Source: a virus
Virus record (IMG/VR): IMGVR_UViG_3300040751_002535
DNA: 64,000 bases
Strand: one strand, 5' to 3'
Below are positions 38,255 to 48,684 of the stretch, one piece after another. Every line of letters begins with the position of its first letter. Within the stretch, counting starts at the first letter, position 1. The notes under the pieces were generated by a model, which worked only from the letters and a program-made list of their open reading frames with translations, had not been told where the DNA came from and did no database searches. Made by a program: the position numbers and the translations under genes.

Positions 38255-39425
38255 ACTGTTTTATATGGGGCTAGAGCCCTATGAAGGCAGGTACACACTC
38301 CAGTTGCAAGACTGGAGTGAACGTGCATTTAAAAAACGTGGCATTGACTACGTTGTTGTACCTGGCAAAACTATTGACAATACTAAAGCTATTAGTGTTG
38401 GACAAGTGTTAGATGCACACGGACGCAGTTACTTTGGTATGAGTCAGATGATGAATCTTGTACAAATGATGCGTGAAGGTGAATGTACTGGCGAAGACGT
38501 TGTTTTCTTTGAAGACATGTTTCAGCCAGGCATGGAATCACTTCCATATATTATGGATCAGATTCCAGAAGAACAACGCCCTAAGGTTTGGGTGCGTTGT
38601 TTGGCACAAGCCGTAGACCCAGATGACTTTGTTCATGTTTGGGGTATGGGCAAATGGATGAGTTTGTATGAAGAAATGTGCAACGAGTTTGTTACTGGCG
38701 TACTAGCAAGTAATGAAGAAATGGTTGCTAACATGAAGATTGCAAACTGGAAGGCTCCTCTCTACAATGTCAGTGGACTTGCATTTGATAAGACTGAAGT
38801 GCAAGAACGTGTAAACGGTGTAGTCAACGACTGGACAGATCGTAAGGATCGTGTTGTATTTACTGCACGGTTTGATCAAGAAAAACAACCAGACTTCTAC
38901 ATGGATTTGATTGAAGAATGGTACGGTACACCTGGAACACCTGAAGTAGAGTTTGCTATTTTACAAGGCGGACCATTGCGTAGCAACAATCAAAAGTATA
39001 TTGATCGTGCTAGAAAAATGGAAGAACGTGGACAACTTGTTATCTACGAAAACTTGAAGAAGGACGAATACTACGATATTGTAAACAACAGTAAAGTATT
39101 GTTTAACTGTGCATTGCAGGATTGGACAAGCAATACTGTAAGTGAAGCAGACGCATTGGGTTGTAATGTGCTGTTTCCAGCGTATCGTAGTTTTCCTGAG
39201 ATCTTTAACAACGATCATACACGCTTGTATGTTCCGTGGAGTATCGAAGATGCAATGAACAAAATGCAAACTTTATTACACATTCCACACAAAGATGTTG
39301 GCAAGATTTCAGATTGGACCACTGGTACTATTGATCGTTATATTGACATTATGTCGGGCAACGGTGAACAATGGCGCCGTGATGACAACCGCTATAGAGA
39401 TCATGTAGCAAGCAGAAAGTATTAA
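38247..39425 (+). CDS. GT-B glycosyltransferase
   Basis: FTARFDQEKQP, QDWTSNTVSEA...PAYRSFPE. Confidence 0.8.
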   Translation: MRKLFYMGLEPYEGRYTLQLQDWSERAFKKRGIDYVVVPGKTIDNTKAISVGQVLDAHGRSYFGMSQMMNLVQMMREGECTGEDVVFFEDMFQPGMESLPYIMDQIPEEQRPKVWVRCLAQAVDPDDFVHVWGMGKWMSLYEEMCNEFVTGVLASNEEMVANMKIANWKAPLYNVSGLAFDKTEVQERVNGVVNDWTDRKDRVVFTARFDQEKQPDFYMDLIEEWYGTPGTPEVEFAILQGGPLRSNNQKYIDRARKMEERGQLVIYENLKKDEYYDIVNNSKVLFNCALQDWTSNTVSEADALGCNVLFPAYRSFPEIFNNDHTRLYVPWSIEDAMNKMQTLLHIPHKDVGKISDWTTGTIDRYIDIMSGNGEQWRRDDNRYRDHVASRKY

Positions 39426-39427
39426 AT

Positions 39428-40000
39428 ATGACAGCTAAACTTAAAAGTCTAAAACCGTTTTTAGAAGGTACAAAAATACCCGCAGGTATTGACAACGCTC
39501 ATAGAGGAAAGTACATCGAAACACTGTATGAAGACCAAGGATTCGAAGTAAACAAAGGTCTTGGAGCAGATTTTGAAGATGCAGAGATTGATATTAAAAG
39601 TCGTATGTTAGAATCTCGCAGTGCTCATAGCATTACAACTTGTACTGAAGATCACATAATTGCCAAAAGTTATCAAGATAGCAATGTTTGTCCTAAAGTA
39701 CAACGTTGGGATCAACCAGTATACTCTGAATCTTACAATGAAATAGTCAAGCATGAAAACTACGATTTTAGAGACGACTATATTCAAGGCATTATTCAAG
39801 AAGGGTATGAAGATTGTAGATCACAGATTGTTAACGGAACAACTAGCAATTATGTTCGCAGCAAAAATGGTTATGTGATTTTTGAAAGGTCTTCTCAGCG
39901 CGACAATTCATGGCAGGTTAGATTTCCACACAGTGCTATGAAAAAACTCAAGGGCATGAGCAAACAAGTTTCTCATAGTAATCTATTCGAGTTTGTATAA
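39428..40000 (+). CDS. PD-(D/E)xK endonuclease-like protein
   Basis: GKYIE...G...N...GAD...EIDIKSR resembles MutH/Sau3AI/MvaI cores. Confidence 0.55.
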   Translation: MTAKLKSLKPFLEGTKIPAGIDNAHRGKYIETLYEDQGFEVNKGLGADFEDAEIDIKSRMLESRSAHSITTCTEDHIIAKSYQDSNVCPKVQRWDQPVYSESYNEIVKHENYDFRDDYIQGIIQEGYEDCRSQIVNGTTSNYVRSKNGYVIFERSSQRDNSWQVRFPHSAMKKLKGMSKQVSHSNLFEFV

Positions 40001-40001
40001 G

Positions 40002-40877
40002 ATGAAAGTATTAGTCACAGGTGCAAGCGGTTACATTGGTAGCCATGTTTGCAAGTTATTGAAAGAACATGGACACACAGTTGTTGGCTGGGATACAGAA
40101 ATCCACGGCGAAACAAATGATGTTGCTGCTTATTGTGATCAATACCATAATGTGGATGTCACTGGACAGTACGCCGGTGGCATCTACGATGCTGTTGTAC
40201 ACCTTGCAGGACGCAGTGTAGTACCACAGAGTTTGTTAGAGCCCACAGAGTACTACAGAGTGAATGTAATGGGCACTGCAAACCTGTTAAACATGGTTAC
40301 AACGCCACATGTGCTGTTTGCTAGTACCAGCAGTGCTTGGGAAATGGCTTCGCCGTATGCACGTAGCAAAGTAGCAGCCGAAGATGTAATCAAGGAAAAG
40401 GCAGATGGATATACAATATTTAGATTTTTTAATGTATCTGGTACTGACGGGCATAATCGTCAGTTGGGCGATCCTACCCATCTTATTCGTGTTGCTGCTA
40501 TGGTGGCTGCTGAGAAACTACCCGACATTAAGATCTTTGGTACGGACTATGATACTAGGGATGGCACTTGTATTCGTGATTATATTCATGTTGTTGATTT
40601 GGCTCGTGCCATTGTCAACGGAGTGGAACGAGGTCCTGCCAACACACCATACGAATGTCTTGGTTCTAACGTAGGATACAGTGTGCGTGAAGTAATCAAT
40701 ACCATGCAGCAAGTCACTGGTAAAAAGTTAAATACTATTAAAGCAGAACGCAGAGAAGGTGATGCTGTATCTAGTGTTGTAGATAATCTTAGTGATTTAG
40801 TAACATTAGAAAAAAGCATCGAAGATATGTGTTTAGATCAATACACCCTGGAGATTAGAAAAAATGGAAAAACTTAA
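40002..40877 (+). CDS. galE: UDP-glucose 4-epimerase
   Basis: VTGASGYIG, YARSK, RFFNV, DGTCIRDYIHV, RREGD. Confidence 0.92.
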   Translation: MKVLVTGASGYIGSHVCKLLKEHGHTVVGWDTEIHGETNDVAAYCDQYHNVDVTGQYAGGIYDAVVHLAGRSVVPQSLLEPTEYYRVNVMGTANLLNMVTTPHVLFASTSSAWEMASPYARSKVAAEDVIKEKADGYTIFRFFNVSGTDGHNRQLGDPTHLIRVAAMVAAEKLPDIKIFGTDYDTRDGTCIRDYIHVVDLARAIVNGVERGPANTPYECLGSNVGYSVREVINTMQQVTGKKLNTIKAERREGDAVSSVVDNLSDLVTLEKSIEDMCLDQYTLEIRKNGKT

Positions 40878-41091
40878 TAAACTCACATTACAAATAGTAG
40901 AGATGTTAGATAATGGCGATCTTATGGGATGCTATAGTTTATTTGAAGCAGAGATAAGAGATATTATACCAACTTTAGATCAAGAATCAGAAATAGGAAA
41001 AACGTGGCTACATCAAGTTAAACTGATTGACGACGAAGACTGGGGCGGAGTAATGGAAAATATGGAAAATATTAGAAAGTTTGTTGAATAA
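40864..41091 (+). CDS. Hypothetical protein
   Basis: 75-aa ORF coupled to its neighbours. Confidence 0.55.
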   Translation: MEKLNKLTLQIVEMLDNGDLMGCYSLFEAEIRDIIPTLDQESEIGKTWLHQVKLIDDEDWGGVMENMENIRKFVE

Positions 41092-41408
41092 TGGAAGAAG
41101 ATACTATTACTATTAGTAGTGCCAGTGAATCTACGTTTGACATCGCTGATTTAACAGTTAATACCATTGATATTAGTAGTATTACATCAAGTACTGTTAG
41201 TACTATTACACTTGACGACACACACTGGTCAGACGGGATTACTTGGGAACAAATTGAGTTTGAAGATAGTATGCCCTCAGTTGCTAAAGTAGAAGATATG
41301 TGCAATGATTATCCGGCATTGGCAAAAGCATACGAAAACTTTAAAACTATATATTCTCTAGTACATCAAGATTGGAAAGGCAAACAGGATGACCAGCTTC
41401 CGTTTTAA
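41091..41408 (+). CDS. Hypothetical protein
   Basis: Ser/Thr-rich N-terminus; YPALAKAYENFKTIYSLV. Confidence 0.65.
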   Translation: MEEDTITISSASESTFDIADLTVNTIDISSITSSTVSTITLDDTHWSDGITWEQIEFEDSMPSVAKVEDMCNDYPALAKAYENFKTIYSLVHQDWKGKQDDQLPF

Positions 41409-41910
41409 TATAACTCCGGATTGGAATATTGATGATTACAAATCATTAAGCTTCAAACGTGATACTGTAAAAGGACAAACTACAGTACAGGAATACTTTC
41501 GAGTAGGACATCAGCCTGGCCGAATGACAATGCTCAACTATTTTGAACCTAACCCTATGCCTAGTAGTGTTGATTATGTTAAAACATTTTTCAGCGATTT
41601 AGTTAATGTTACTGCGGCGATTAATGTGTTTGAACCTGGACACTACTTACCATTACATCGAGACAACTATAGAAAATATCAAAGTGTTGCTAAAGAGATT
41701 TTAAAAGACAGAGGCATAAATGCAATATACCGATATGTTGTTATGCTTGAAGATAGTGTTCCTGGGCAAATGATGCATATTGGAAGTACTATACATCATA
41801 CATGGAGCGCTGGCGATGTATTTGGTTGGGTTGGTGACGAAATGCATACATTTTATAATATGAGTTTGAAGGATAGATATGCAATACAAATCACCGGAAT
41901 ACAAACGTAG
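41389..41910 (+). CDS. 2OG-Fe(II) oxygenase-like (DSBH) protein
   Basis: PG..LPLHRD...H...N...RYAIQITG. Confidence 0.7.
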   Translation: MTSFRFNITPDWNIDDYKSLSFKRDTVKGQTTVQEYFRVGHQPGRMTMLNYFEPNPMPSSVDYVKTFFSDLVNVTAAINVFEPGHYLPLHRDNYRKYQSVAKEILKDRGINAIYRYVVMLEDSVPGQMMHIGSTIHHTWSAGDVFGWVGDEMHTFYNMSLKDRYAIQITGIQT

Positions 41911-43156
41911 TGATGTTTTTTTAGATAACTGCTTGGTTATACAAATAAAAGGACAAACTCGATTTATAAACGAACATTACAATATACTAGACAATCTCAA
42001 CAACTATATTGGATGTGATCAAATGTATAAAATGAGTTTTTTAAGTCATTATGATGGAAACTTTATACAAATACACGATATGGGACATCTTCCATACTTG
42101 GAGAATTTAAATCTAAGCTCTATTGATATTAATGAACTAAACAAAAATAAGCTAACTATTTTTCTCACTGAACAAATAATTCATACTGATAACGATTATT
42201 GTAGAATATTACTAGGAACAGATGATACTGCAAGCACCTCAACGTCTGGCATTCCTTACAATACTACAAACACTATTTGGTCGCCTGAACTTGACAGTAT
42301 TGAAATATTTGTAAAAAATAATAATCTAACCAATGTTTCAGTTTGTGTAAGTTTTGATGACATCACTGATATTTACAAAGACAGATACAGTTTTAACTTA
42401 TATCGAAATGATGCTTGTTTAGATGCACTAAACAACTTATATAAATCATTTGATGAGGTAGAACATATTCGACCTGTTGACATTAACAAAAAGTTTTGGT
42501 GTGCAAACTGGAGATATAGTTCTCATAGACATCTTATTACAGCATATGCTAGTACACTTGACACTGAATATAGTTGGGGATTTATTGACGACGACTTGAA
42601 AGTTTTAGAAAATTTATGGTTAGATTTAGAAAACTTTAAATTCAAAGATAGCATTGTTGATAGATTAGAATATTTAAACAAAAACAATAGAAGTATAGAT
42701 ATACCAACTACGTCGATGGAGATTGATGGCAACATACTTGACGAAGCTAAACGTCTACAAGAAATACCAGCTGGACCATATGATACTAATCAATATGCTA
42801 GTAGTGATTTATTTAAAAATACATTTTGTTCAATTGTTAATTTAAGTACATTTGCAGAGCCGTTTCCCTGCTACGATGAAAAACCACTAAATGCAATATT
42901 TAACTTACGTCCATTTATATTATGTGGACCACCGGGCAGTTTGGCACTTATGCGTAAAGATGGGTTTAAAACGTTTGGAGATTTTTGGGACGAATCATAC
43001 GACAATGAGTTGGATCATACCAAACGTTTAGAAAAAATATTCAAACTAATAGATGAGATAGATAGTTGGAGCATACGTGATTGTCAAGAAATATATGCCA
43101 ACATGATTCCAACACTATTTGAAAACTATCATAAATTTAAAAAACCAAACTTATGA
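41879..43156 (+). CDS. Glycosyltransferase-like protein
   Basis: C-terminal EKPL.AI...RPFIL.G..GSL...GFKTFGDFWDESYD; exact start uncertain. Confidence 0.5.
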   Translation: MQYKSPEYKRSDVFLDNCLVIQIKGQTRFINEHYNILDNLNNYIGCDQMYKMSFLSHYDGNFIQIHDMGHLPYLENLNLSSIDINELNKNKLTIFLTEQIIHTDNDYCRILLGTDDTASTSTSGIPYNTTNTIWSPELDSIEIFVKNNNLTNVSVCVSFDDITDIYKDRYSFNLYRNDACLDALNNLYKSFDEVEHIRPVDINKKFWCANWRYSSHRHLITAYASTLDTEYSWGFIDDDLKVLENLWLDLENFKFKDSIVDRLEYLNKNNRSIDIPTTSMEIDGNILDEAKRLQEIPAGPYDTNQYASSDLFKNTFCSIVNLSTFAEPFPCYDEKPLNAIFNLRPFILCGPPGSLALMRKDGFKTFGDFWDESYDNELDHTKRLEKIFKLIDEIDSWSIRDCQEIYANMIPTLFENYHKFKKPNL

Positions 43157-44082
43157 AATGTGCAGCGTTATACAATCATACTAACATAAGGGGAGGTGAT
43201 CGCATCTTCCCTTGCTGCCGTTTTAAAAACAGCATACAATGGTTTGACGGTGACGTAAACAACATACTAAACAGTTACAGTTACAATCTACTTAGAAGTA
43301 GAATGGAATCTGGCGAAAAGTTACCAGAATGTGCCAAGTGCTGGCATGAAGAAAATCTAGGCAAACCTAGTCTTAGACAATGGTTCAACGAAAACTACAG
43401 TACAGATGAAATCAAACTTAGATACCTTGAGGTAGGATTTGACAACATTTGCGATCTAACCTGTGACGGATGTTGGGAAGAATGGAGCAGTAGTTGGTGG
43501 GTCAAAAAGAATCCCGGACTTCCTCCCAAACAAGGTATTACTAGTACAACTGAATTTAGAAACATTCCAGAAAGCATTGAAAAGGTTGTGTTTTTAGGGG
43601 GTGAGCCGCTGATGACAAATCGTCATAGACGCTTCTTGGAAAGTTTTGATACACTGGATCATTTAGAAGTAGAATACTTTACAAACGGTATGCATAGTTT
43701 AACACAAGAGGATTACGCTGTATTGAGTAAATGCAAACGTGTACATTTCACTGTAAGCATAGATGGTGTCGGTGCACTAAATGAACAAGTACGTGGAAAC
43801 AGTATTTGGAGTAAGGTTCTAAAAACACTAGACGAGATTGCTGACACATTTGATTATACTATTCATACTACAATACATAAAAATAACTGGCATGGATTGC
43901 CTGATATGTACCAATGGACAAAAAAATATGCAAAATGGACAACAAATGTCTTGACATATCCTAAAAAATTAGATATAATAAACTTAGAGCAGTGTGACAA
44001 ACAAAAACTTTTGGATATCTTAGATGAGTTTGATATTCCAAATAAACAATATATAGGCACACACTTAAAAGGAGACGCATAA
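43153..44082 (+). CDS. Radical SAM protein with N-terminal SPASM/twitch-like Cys cluster
   Basis: PCC...CAKCW; CDLTCDGC; GGEP; SIDG. Confidence 0.85.
   Translation: MKCAALYNHTNIRGGDRIFPCCRFKNSIQWFDGDVNNILNSYSYNLLRSRMESGEKLPECAKCWHEENLGKPSLRQWFNENYSTDEIKLRYLEVGFDNICDLTCDGCWEEWSSSWWVKKNPGLPPKQGITSTTEFRNIPESIEKVVFLGGEPLMTNRHRRFLESFDTLDHLEVEYFTNGMHSLTQEDYAVLSKCKRVHFTVSIDGVGALNEQVRGNSIWSKVLKTLDEIADTFDYTIHTTIHKNNWHGLPDMYQWTKKYAKWTTNVLTYPKKLDIINLEQCDKQKLLDILDEFDIPNKQYIGTHLKGDA
43951..43979 (+). promoter_or_regulatory. Internal consensus sigma70 promoter
   Basis: TTGACA-17 nt-TATAAT inside the radical SAM gene. Confidence 0.6.
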
Positions 44083-44693
44083 TGGATATGCGAAGTTATG
44101 AAGATTGGCAAGTACACGATGCTACTGAAGGATCAGTAGAAGATGTTACTTGGAACAGCAATGACCTTCTTACGTTACCGTGGGAAGCAACATATATGAC
44201 AGACGAAATTCCCGAAGATAGTAGTTGGGATACATTTGCAACAAAAAACAAAAAAGCATTAGAAGCAATGTACGCACAATGGGGAGTACCTAAAGAAGGT
44301 AGCTTACACTATATGAGCATACGTCCTGAACTTACAAAAGGACTAGGCAGTATTATTTCTCCGTATGCACATATGACATTTAACTATAACTTTTTAAAAC
44401 TTACACCGGGTTGTAGTTTAATGTGGCACTTTGATACATATGCTACATTTGTAAGATACAACAACATTGCAGAAGACGATGTTCACAATGTATGTAGAAC
44501 TGTTATTATGATGAAAGACTGGGATAGAGGACAAGTATTACAAGTAGGTGATGAAGTTTACACACATTGGCAAGAAGGTGATACGTACACTTGGAAAGGC
44601 GATACGTGGCACGGTATGGCAAACTTTGGTCCTAGTGACATAGTTGTTGCACAAGTAACATTTTTGGATGAAAATGACCGATATACCCAATGA
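44082..44693 (+). CDS. 2OG-Fe(II) oxygenase-like (DSBH) protein
   Basis: PG..LMWHFD...W..GD...WHGMAN; paralog of the ORF at 41389. Confidence 0.7.
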   Translation: MDMRSYEDWQVHDATEGSVEDVTWNSNDLLTLPWEATYMTDEIPEDSSWDTFATKNKKALEAMYAQWGVPKEGSLHYMSIRPELTKGLGSIISPYAHMTFNYNFLKLTPGCSLMWHFDTYATFVRYNNIAEDDVHNVCRTVIMMKDWDRGQVLQVGDEVYTHWQEGDTYTWKGDTWHGMANFGPSDIVVAQVTFLDENDRYTQ

Positions 44694-45573
44694 TAAACGC
44701 AGCATGGATTTTGGCAGTGCATTTGCTATAGCAGATCCAGAAACTATAAAGCTGTTGCGTCAAACTTTTAATTTTACCGATCTTAACAGCGATAGTATCA
44801 TTGATGAGTTTTTGAATGAATATGACACTTGGATTAAAAGTGGCACACTAAATGTATTTACTGGATTAGAAGATTTCAAATACAAATGCTATAGTAATGG
44901 TACTACTGAAAGTTTTGATAAGTTTTACATGAAAAATTCCAAGCGTAGGTTTCGCTGCTACAAAGGCGAGTATATGTATCATAAACTTGCATGGCGTGAT
45001 AAGTTTGATTGGCAATGGTTAGAAGAGTCCCCGTTGCACAAAAACGATGCTGTTGTTATAAGTTTGCCGTTTGCAGACACTGGCGACAAGCATACATTGT
45101 ATCATGAACTTATGCGCAAGTGCAGCAAGCTAAACATACCTGTGTTAGTAGATTGTGCATACTACGGGGCTTGTAGGCATATACATATTGATTTAGCGTA
45201 TCCGTGTATTACAGATGTTACATTTTCGTTAAGCAAAACATTCCCTGTTGCATATGCACGTATCGGAATACGCTATACTAGAGTTGACGATGATGACACT
45301 ATGTTTGTGTATCATAAAATAAACTACAACAATAAAATAGGTGCATTGCTAGGATTAGAATATTTTAAGAACTTTACACCCGATTATATATCAAACAAAT
45401 ATCTTGACAAACAAACAGAATTCTGTAATAATACTAATGTGTTACCAAGTAAGACAGTATTATTTGGTATTGACAACAATAATAAATACCCTCAATACAA
45501 CCGAGGCGGAACTAGTAATCGACTAAGTTTCCACAAGCAATATATTAAAGGACTAGACTTTGCCAGTACATAG
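44668..45573 (+). CDS. PLP-dependent fold-type I enzyme
   Basis: NGTTESF, VISLP, VDCAYYG, FSLSKTF, RIG. Confidence 0.75.
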   Translation: MKMTDIPNDKRSMDFGSAFAIADPETIKLLRQTFNFTDLNSDSIIDEFLNEYDTWIKSGTLNVFTGLEDFKYKCYSNGTTESFDKFYMKNSKRRFRCYKGEYMYHKLAWRDKFDWQWLEESPLHKNDAVVISLPFADTGDKHTLYHELMRKCSKLNIPVLVDCAYYGACRHIHIDLAYPCITDVTFSLSKTFPVAYARIGIRYTRVDDDDTMFVYHKINYNNKIGALLGLEYFKNFTPDYISNKYLDKQTEFCNNTNVLPSKTVLFGIDNNNKYPQYNRGGTSNRLSFHKQYIKGLDFAST

Positions 45574-46615
45574 TAATAACGATTGGGATCCACTAGAAGA
45601 AATTATTATTGGCACAGCAGAAAACTGTGTACATCCTACTATGAATAAGAGTACACACAGTTTTATCTATGGCGGAGAACAACTTGAAGATATCAAACAG
45701 TTTGACGGTCAACCTATTGAACAATGGATTGTAGATGAAGCAAACGAAGACTTAGAAGGTCTTGAAAAATGTTTGCAAGGGCTAGGTGTTAAAACATTAC
45801 GTCCTGAACCAATAGATCACAACAAGAAGTTTAGCACACCAGAATGGGAAACAACAGGCTGGTATACTTTTTGTCCACGTGACTTACTACTACCATTGGA
45901 CAATATGATTATTGAATGTCCAAGCCCTATGCGAGCAAGATACTTTGAAACTAGAGCATACTATAAACACTTGTATCGTTGGATGCAAGAAGGCACACAA
46001 TGGATCAATGCTCCTAAGCCTATCCTAACAGATGACAACTATCAACTAGAAGACAGGCGTGATGCTACACTAGTAAACAAAGAGATTATTTTTGATGCAC
46101 CTAACATTGTGCGACTAGGCAGAGACTTGCTGTGTCAAGTAAGCAACAGTGGTAATCAACTAGGCTTTCAGTGGCTAAAGACTATCTTAGAACCCAAGGG
46201 ATATCGGTTGCACGTTGCAGAGAAGTATTATAGCTTTGCACACTTTGACAGTACAGTACTACCTTTACGCCCAGGGTTGGTACTATTAAACGCAGGAAGA
46301 CTAAGCGAGGATTGGTATCCACCTATTTTCAAAGACTGGGATAAGATCTGGGTAGGCGAAGAAGACTTGCACGTTCCGGCTGCAAACACAGGTGTTGCTC
46401 CATGTAGTCCTTACATTGGACTTAACTTTTTAAGTGTTAACGAAGAACTGGTTATTGTAGACGAAAAGCAAGAGTCATTAAGACGCATCTTGGGCAAGCA
46501 TGGTATTGATACTATTGGGTTGCCCATGCGTCAAGCACGTAGTATGAGCGGCGGCTTTCACTGTGCAACACTAGATACAAAACGCAAAGGCACACTAGAG
46601 GATTATTTTCAATGA
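45560..46615 (+). CDS. Amidinotransferase (glycine/inosamine-phosphate family)
   Basis: NDWDPLEEIIIG, CPRD, FDA, HFDST, GGFHCATLD. Confidence 0.92.
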   Translation: MPVHSNNDWDPLEEIIIGTAENCVHPTMNKSTHSFIYGGEQLEDIKQFDGQPIEQWIVDEANEDLEGLEKCLQGLGVKTLRPEPIDHNKKFSTPEWETTGWYTFCPRDLLLPLDNMIIECPSPMRARYFETRAYYKHLYRWMQEGTQWINAPKPILTDDNYQLEDRRDATLVNKEIIFDAPNIVRLGRDLLCQVSNSGNQLGFQWLKTILEPKGYRLHVAEKYYSFAHFDSTVLPLRPGLVLLNAGRLSEDWYPPIFKDWDKIWVGEEDLHVPAANTGVAPCSPYIGLNFLSVNEELVIVDEKQESLRRILGKHGIDTIGLPMRQARSMSGGFHCATLDTKRKGTLEDYFQ

Positions 46616-46794
46616 CCATGAACCCACGGCCAAACAAAAATACAGAACAAGAAATGATTGATGAGTTTTTAAACAAGGGTGGAAAGATCACCAAAGGCAA
46701 AACTAAAGCAATGCCCAGTGAACTTGGCATCAGTAACAATCAATGGAACAACAAACTTACTAAAGCAGAAAAAGATGCAAAGGACGGCAAGTAA
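46612..46794 (+). CDS. Hypothetical protein
   Basis: IDEFLNKGGKIT. Confidence 0.6.
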   Translation: MTMNPRPNKNTEQEMIDEFLNKGGKITKGKTKAMPSELGISNNQWNNKLTKAEKDAKDGK

Positions 46795-47018
46795 TGTTAC
46801 ATACTATTGAAGATCTTATACATCGTATTAATTTAATGAAAGACAAAGCAATCTTATTGCATCGAGTTCGCAACGAGTTTGCTGAGATTTCTTATAAAGA
46901 ATATGACAAAGTAACATGTCAAAATCTTATTGCCGATATTCAAAGCATTGCTCGAGGTATTGCTAACGATACCCAAGGCGATGAAATAAAAACAGAAATG
47001 GATGAATGGAAGAAATGA
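46794..47018 (+). CDS. Hypothetical protein
   Basis: 74-aa ORF coupled to its neighbours. Confidence 0.55.
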   Translation: MLHTIEDLIHRINLMKDKAILLHRVRNEFAEISYKEYDKVTCQNLIADIQSIARGIANDTQGDEIKTEMDEWKK

Positions 47019-48106
47019 ACAACTATATCTTTACAAGCGAAAGTGTTAGTGACGGACACCCTGATAAAGTAGCAGATCAAATATCTGATGCATTAGTAGA
47101 TGTCGGGCTTGCTAATGGAGACGAGACAACTCGTGTAGCCATCGAAACACTTGTAACCACTAACCACGTAACGTTAGCAGGCGAAGTAAAAAACTTTAAT
47201 GTCACCAAAGACAAAGTTAAACAACTTGTGCGTGACAAAGTTAAAGAGATTGGTTATGAACAAGAAGGATTTCATTGGGATAACTTGCGTATCTATAATG
47301 AGATTCATTCTCAATCAGGAGACATTGCACTAGGTACAGATGACTTTGGTGCAGGCGATCAAGGACTGATGTTTGGATATGCTTGTAATCATACTGATAG
47401 TATGATGCCAGCACCTATTCATTATAGCCATGAAATCCTAAAAAACTTGAAAACAAAGCGTGGTAAAATACTAGGACCAGATGCTAAAAGTCAAGTAAGC
47501 GTAGAGTACTATGGTGCTAGACGTGATGGTGTGATTAAACGTATTGATCAAGTTGTGATAAGTACACAGCACACAGAAGGCAACGTAGAAGAGGCAAGAC
47601 ATCTTTGTAAACTTGCCGCAATGGAAGAATTAGGAGACTTAGTCGATGAAAGAACTACATGGCATCTTAACCCTACTGGAAATTTCGTTATTGGTGGTCC
47701 TGACGGTGATGCAGGTGTTACTGGGCGGAAAATTATTGTTGATACTTATGGGGGTTTTGCTCCTCATGGTGGCGGTGCGTTTAGTGGCAAAGATCCAACA
47801 AAAGTCGACAGAAGTGCCGCCTACATGGCACGATGGCTCGCCAAGAATGTAGTAGCAGACAATATGGCGGACTGGTGCAATATACAGTTGAGCTATGCTA
47901 TTGGTGTTAAAGAACCTACAAGCATTTATGTTGATTCAAACGGTCATAATGCTAGTATTGCAAAGTTTATTGAACGTGAAATCGACTTAACTCCAAAAGG
48001 AATCATTGACAGATTTGATTTATTCAAGTATACTAACTATAGTAAAAACTGTACATACGGACACTTTGGCAACAAAGATGTTCCTTGGGAGAAAATTGGA
48101 TGGTAA
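47015..48106 (+). CDS. metK: S-adenosylmethionine synthetase
   Basis: FTSESV..GHPDK, GAGDQG, GGGAFSGKD. Confidence 0.97.
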   Translation: MNNYIFTSESVSDGHPDKVADQISDALVDVGLANGDETTRVAIETLVTTNHVTLAGEVKNFNVTKDKVKQLVRDKVKEIGYEQEGFHWDNLRIYNEIHSQSGDIALGTDDFGAGDQGLMFGYACNHTDSMMPAPIHYSHEILKNLKTKRGKILGPDAKSQVSVEYYGARRDGVIKRIDQVVISTQHTEGNVEEARHLCKLAAMEELGDLVDERTTWHLNPTGNFVIGGPDGDAGVTGRKIIVDTYGGFAPHGGGAFSGKDPTKVDRSAAYMARWLAKNVVADNMADWCNIQLSYAIGVKEPTSIYVDSNGHNASIAKFIEREIDLTPKGIIDRFDLFKYTNYSKNCTYGHFGNKDVPWEKIGW

Positions 48107-48675
48107 AAAAATATTACACATATGATGATGTACACAATGCTGCAATGCACATTGTATTGCAAATGTACAAAGACAACTGGCGGCCAGACTATGTTGTAGG
48201 TATTACAAGAGGCGGCCTTCCATTAGCATTGCGCATTAGTAACCTGCTAGATTGTCGTATGGAAACACTCAAAGTTAAACTGCGAGACGGTAAGCCAGGT
48301 GAAGAATGCGAAAGCAACTGCTGGATGGCTGAAGATGCATTTGGATACGAACACTATAAAATTTTAGAACACAATGCAGACATTAGTGCCAGTGCAGGAG
48401 AACCTATTGTAGATCTTCCGATTAGCAAAAAGAACATTCTTATTGTAGATGACATCAACGACACTGGTGCTACATTTAACTGGATTAAACAAGACTGGCA
48501 AAGTGGGTGCTTGCCCGACAATCCTAACTGGGATACTGTATGGGGCGGTAATGTAAGATTTGCTACTATGACTGAAAATTTTAGTAGTCAGTTTCCTGAC
48601 GTCAACTATTGGTGGCACGAAGTAAATAAGTCAGAAGAAAATACCTGGCTAGTATATCCATGGGAATATGATTAA
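48100..48675 (+). CDS. Purine phosphoribosyltransferase (Gpt-like)
   Basis: GITRGG, ILIVDDINDTGATF, WLVYPWE. Confidence 0.9.
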   Translation: MVKKYYTYDDVHNAAMHIVLQMYKDNWRPDYVVGITRGGLPLALRISNLLDCRMETLKVKLRDGKPGEECESNCWMAEDAFGYEHYKILEHNADISASAGEPIVDLPISKKNILIVDDINDTGATFNWIKQDWQSGCLPDNPNWDTVWGGNVRFATMTENFSSQFPDVNYWWHEVNKSEENTWLVYPWEYD

Positions 48676-48684
48676 GGAGATAAT

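Noticed and set aside
45404-45434. Internal promoter upstream of the amidinotransferase (and a similar one at 15839)
   Set aside because: TTGACA is present but there is no convincing -10 at 16-18 nt spacing.
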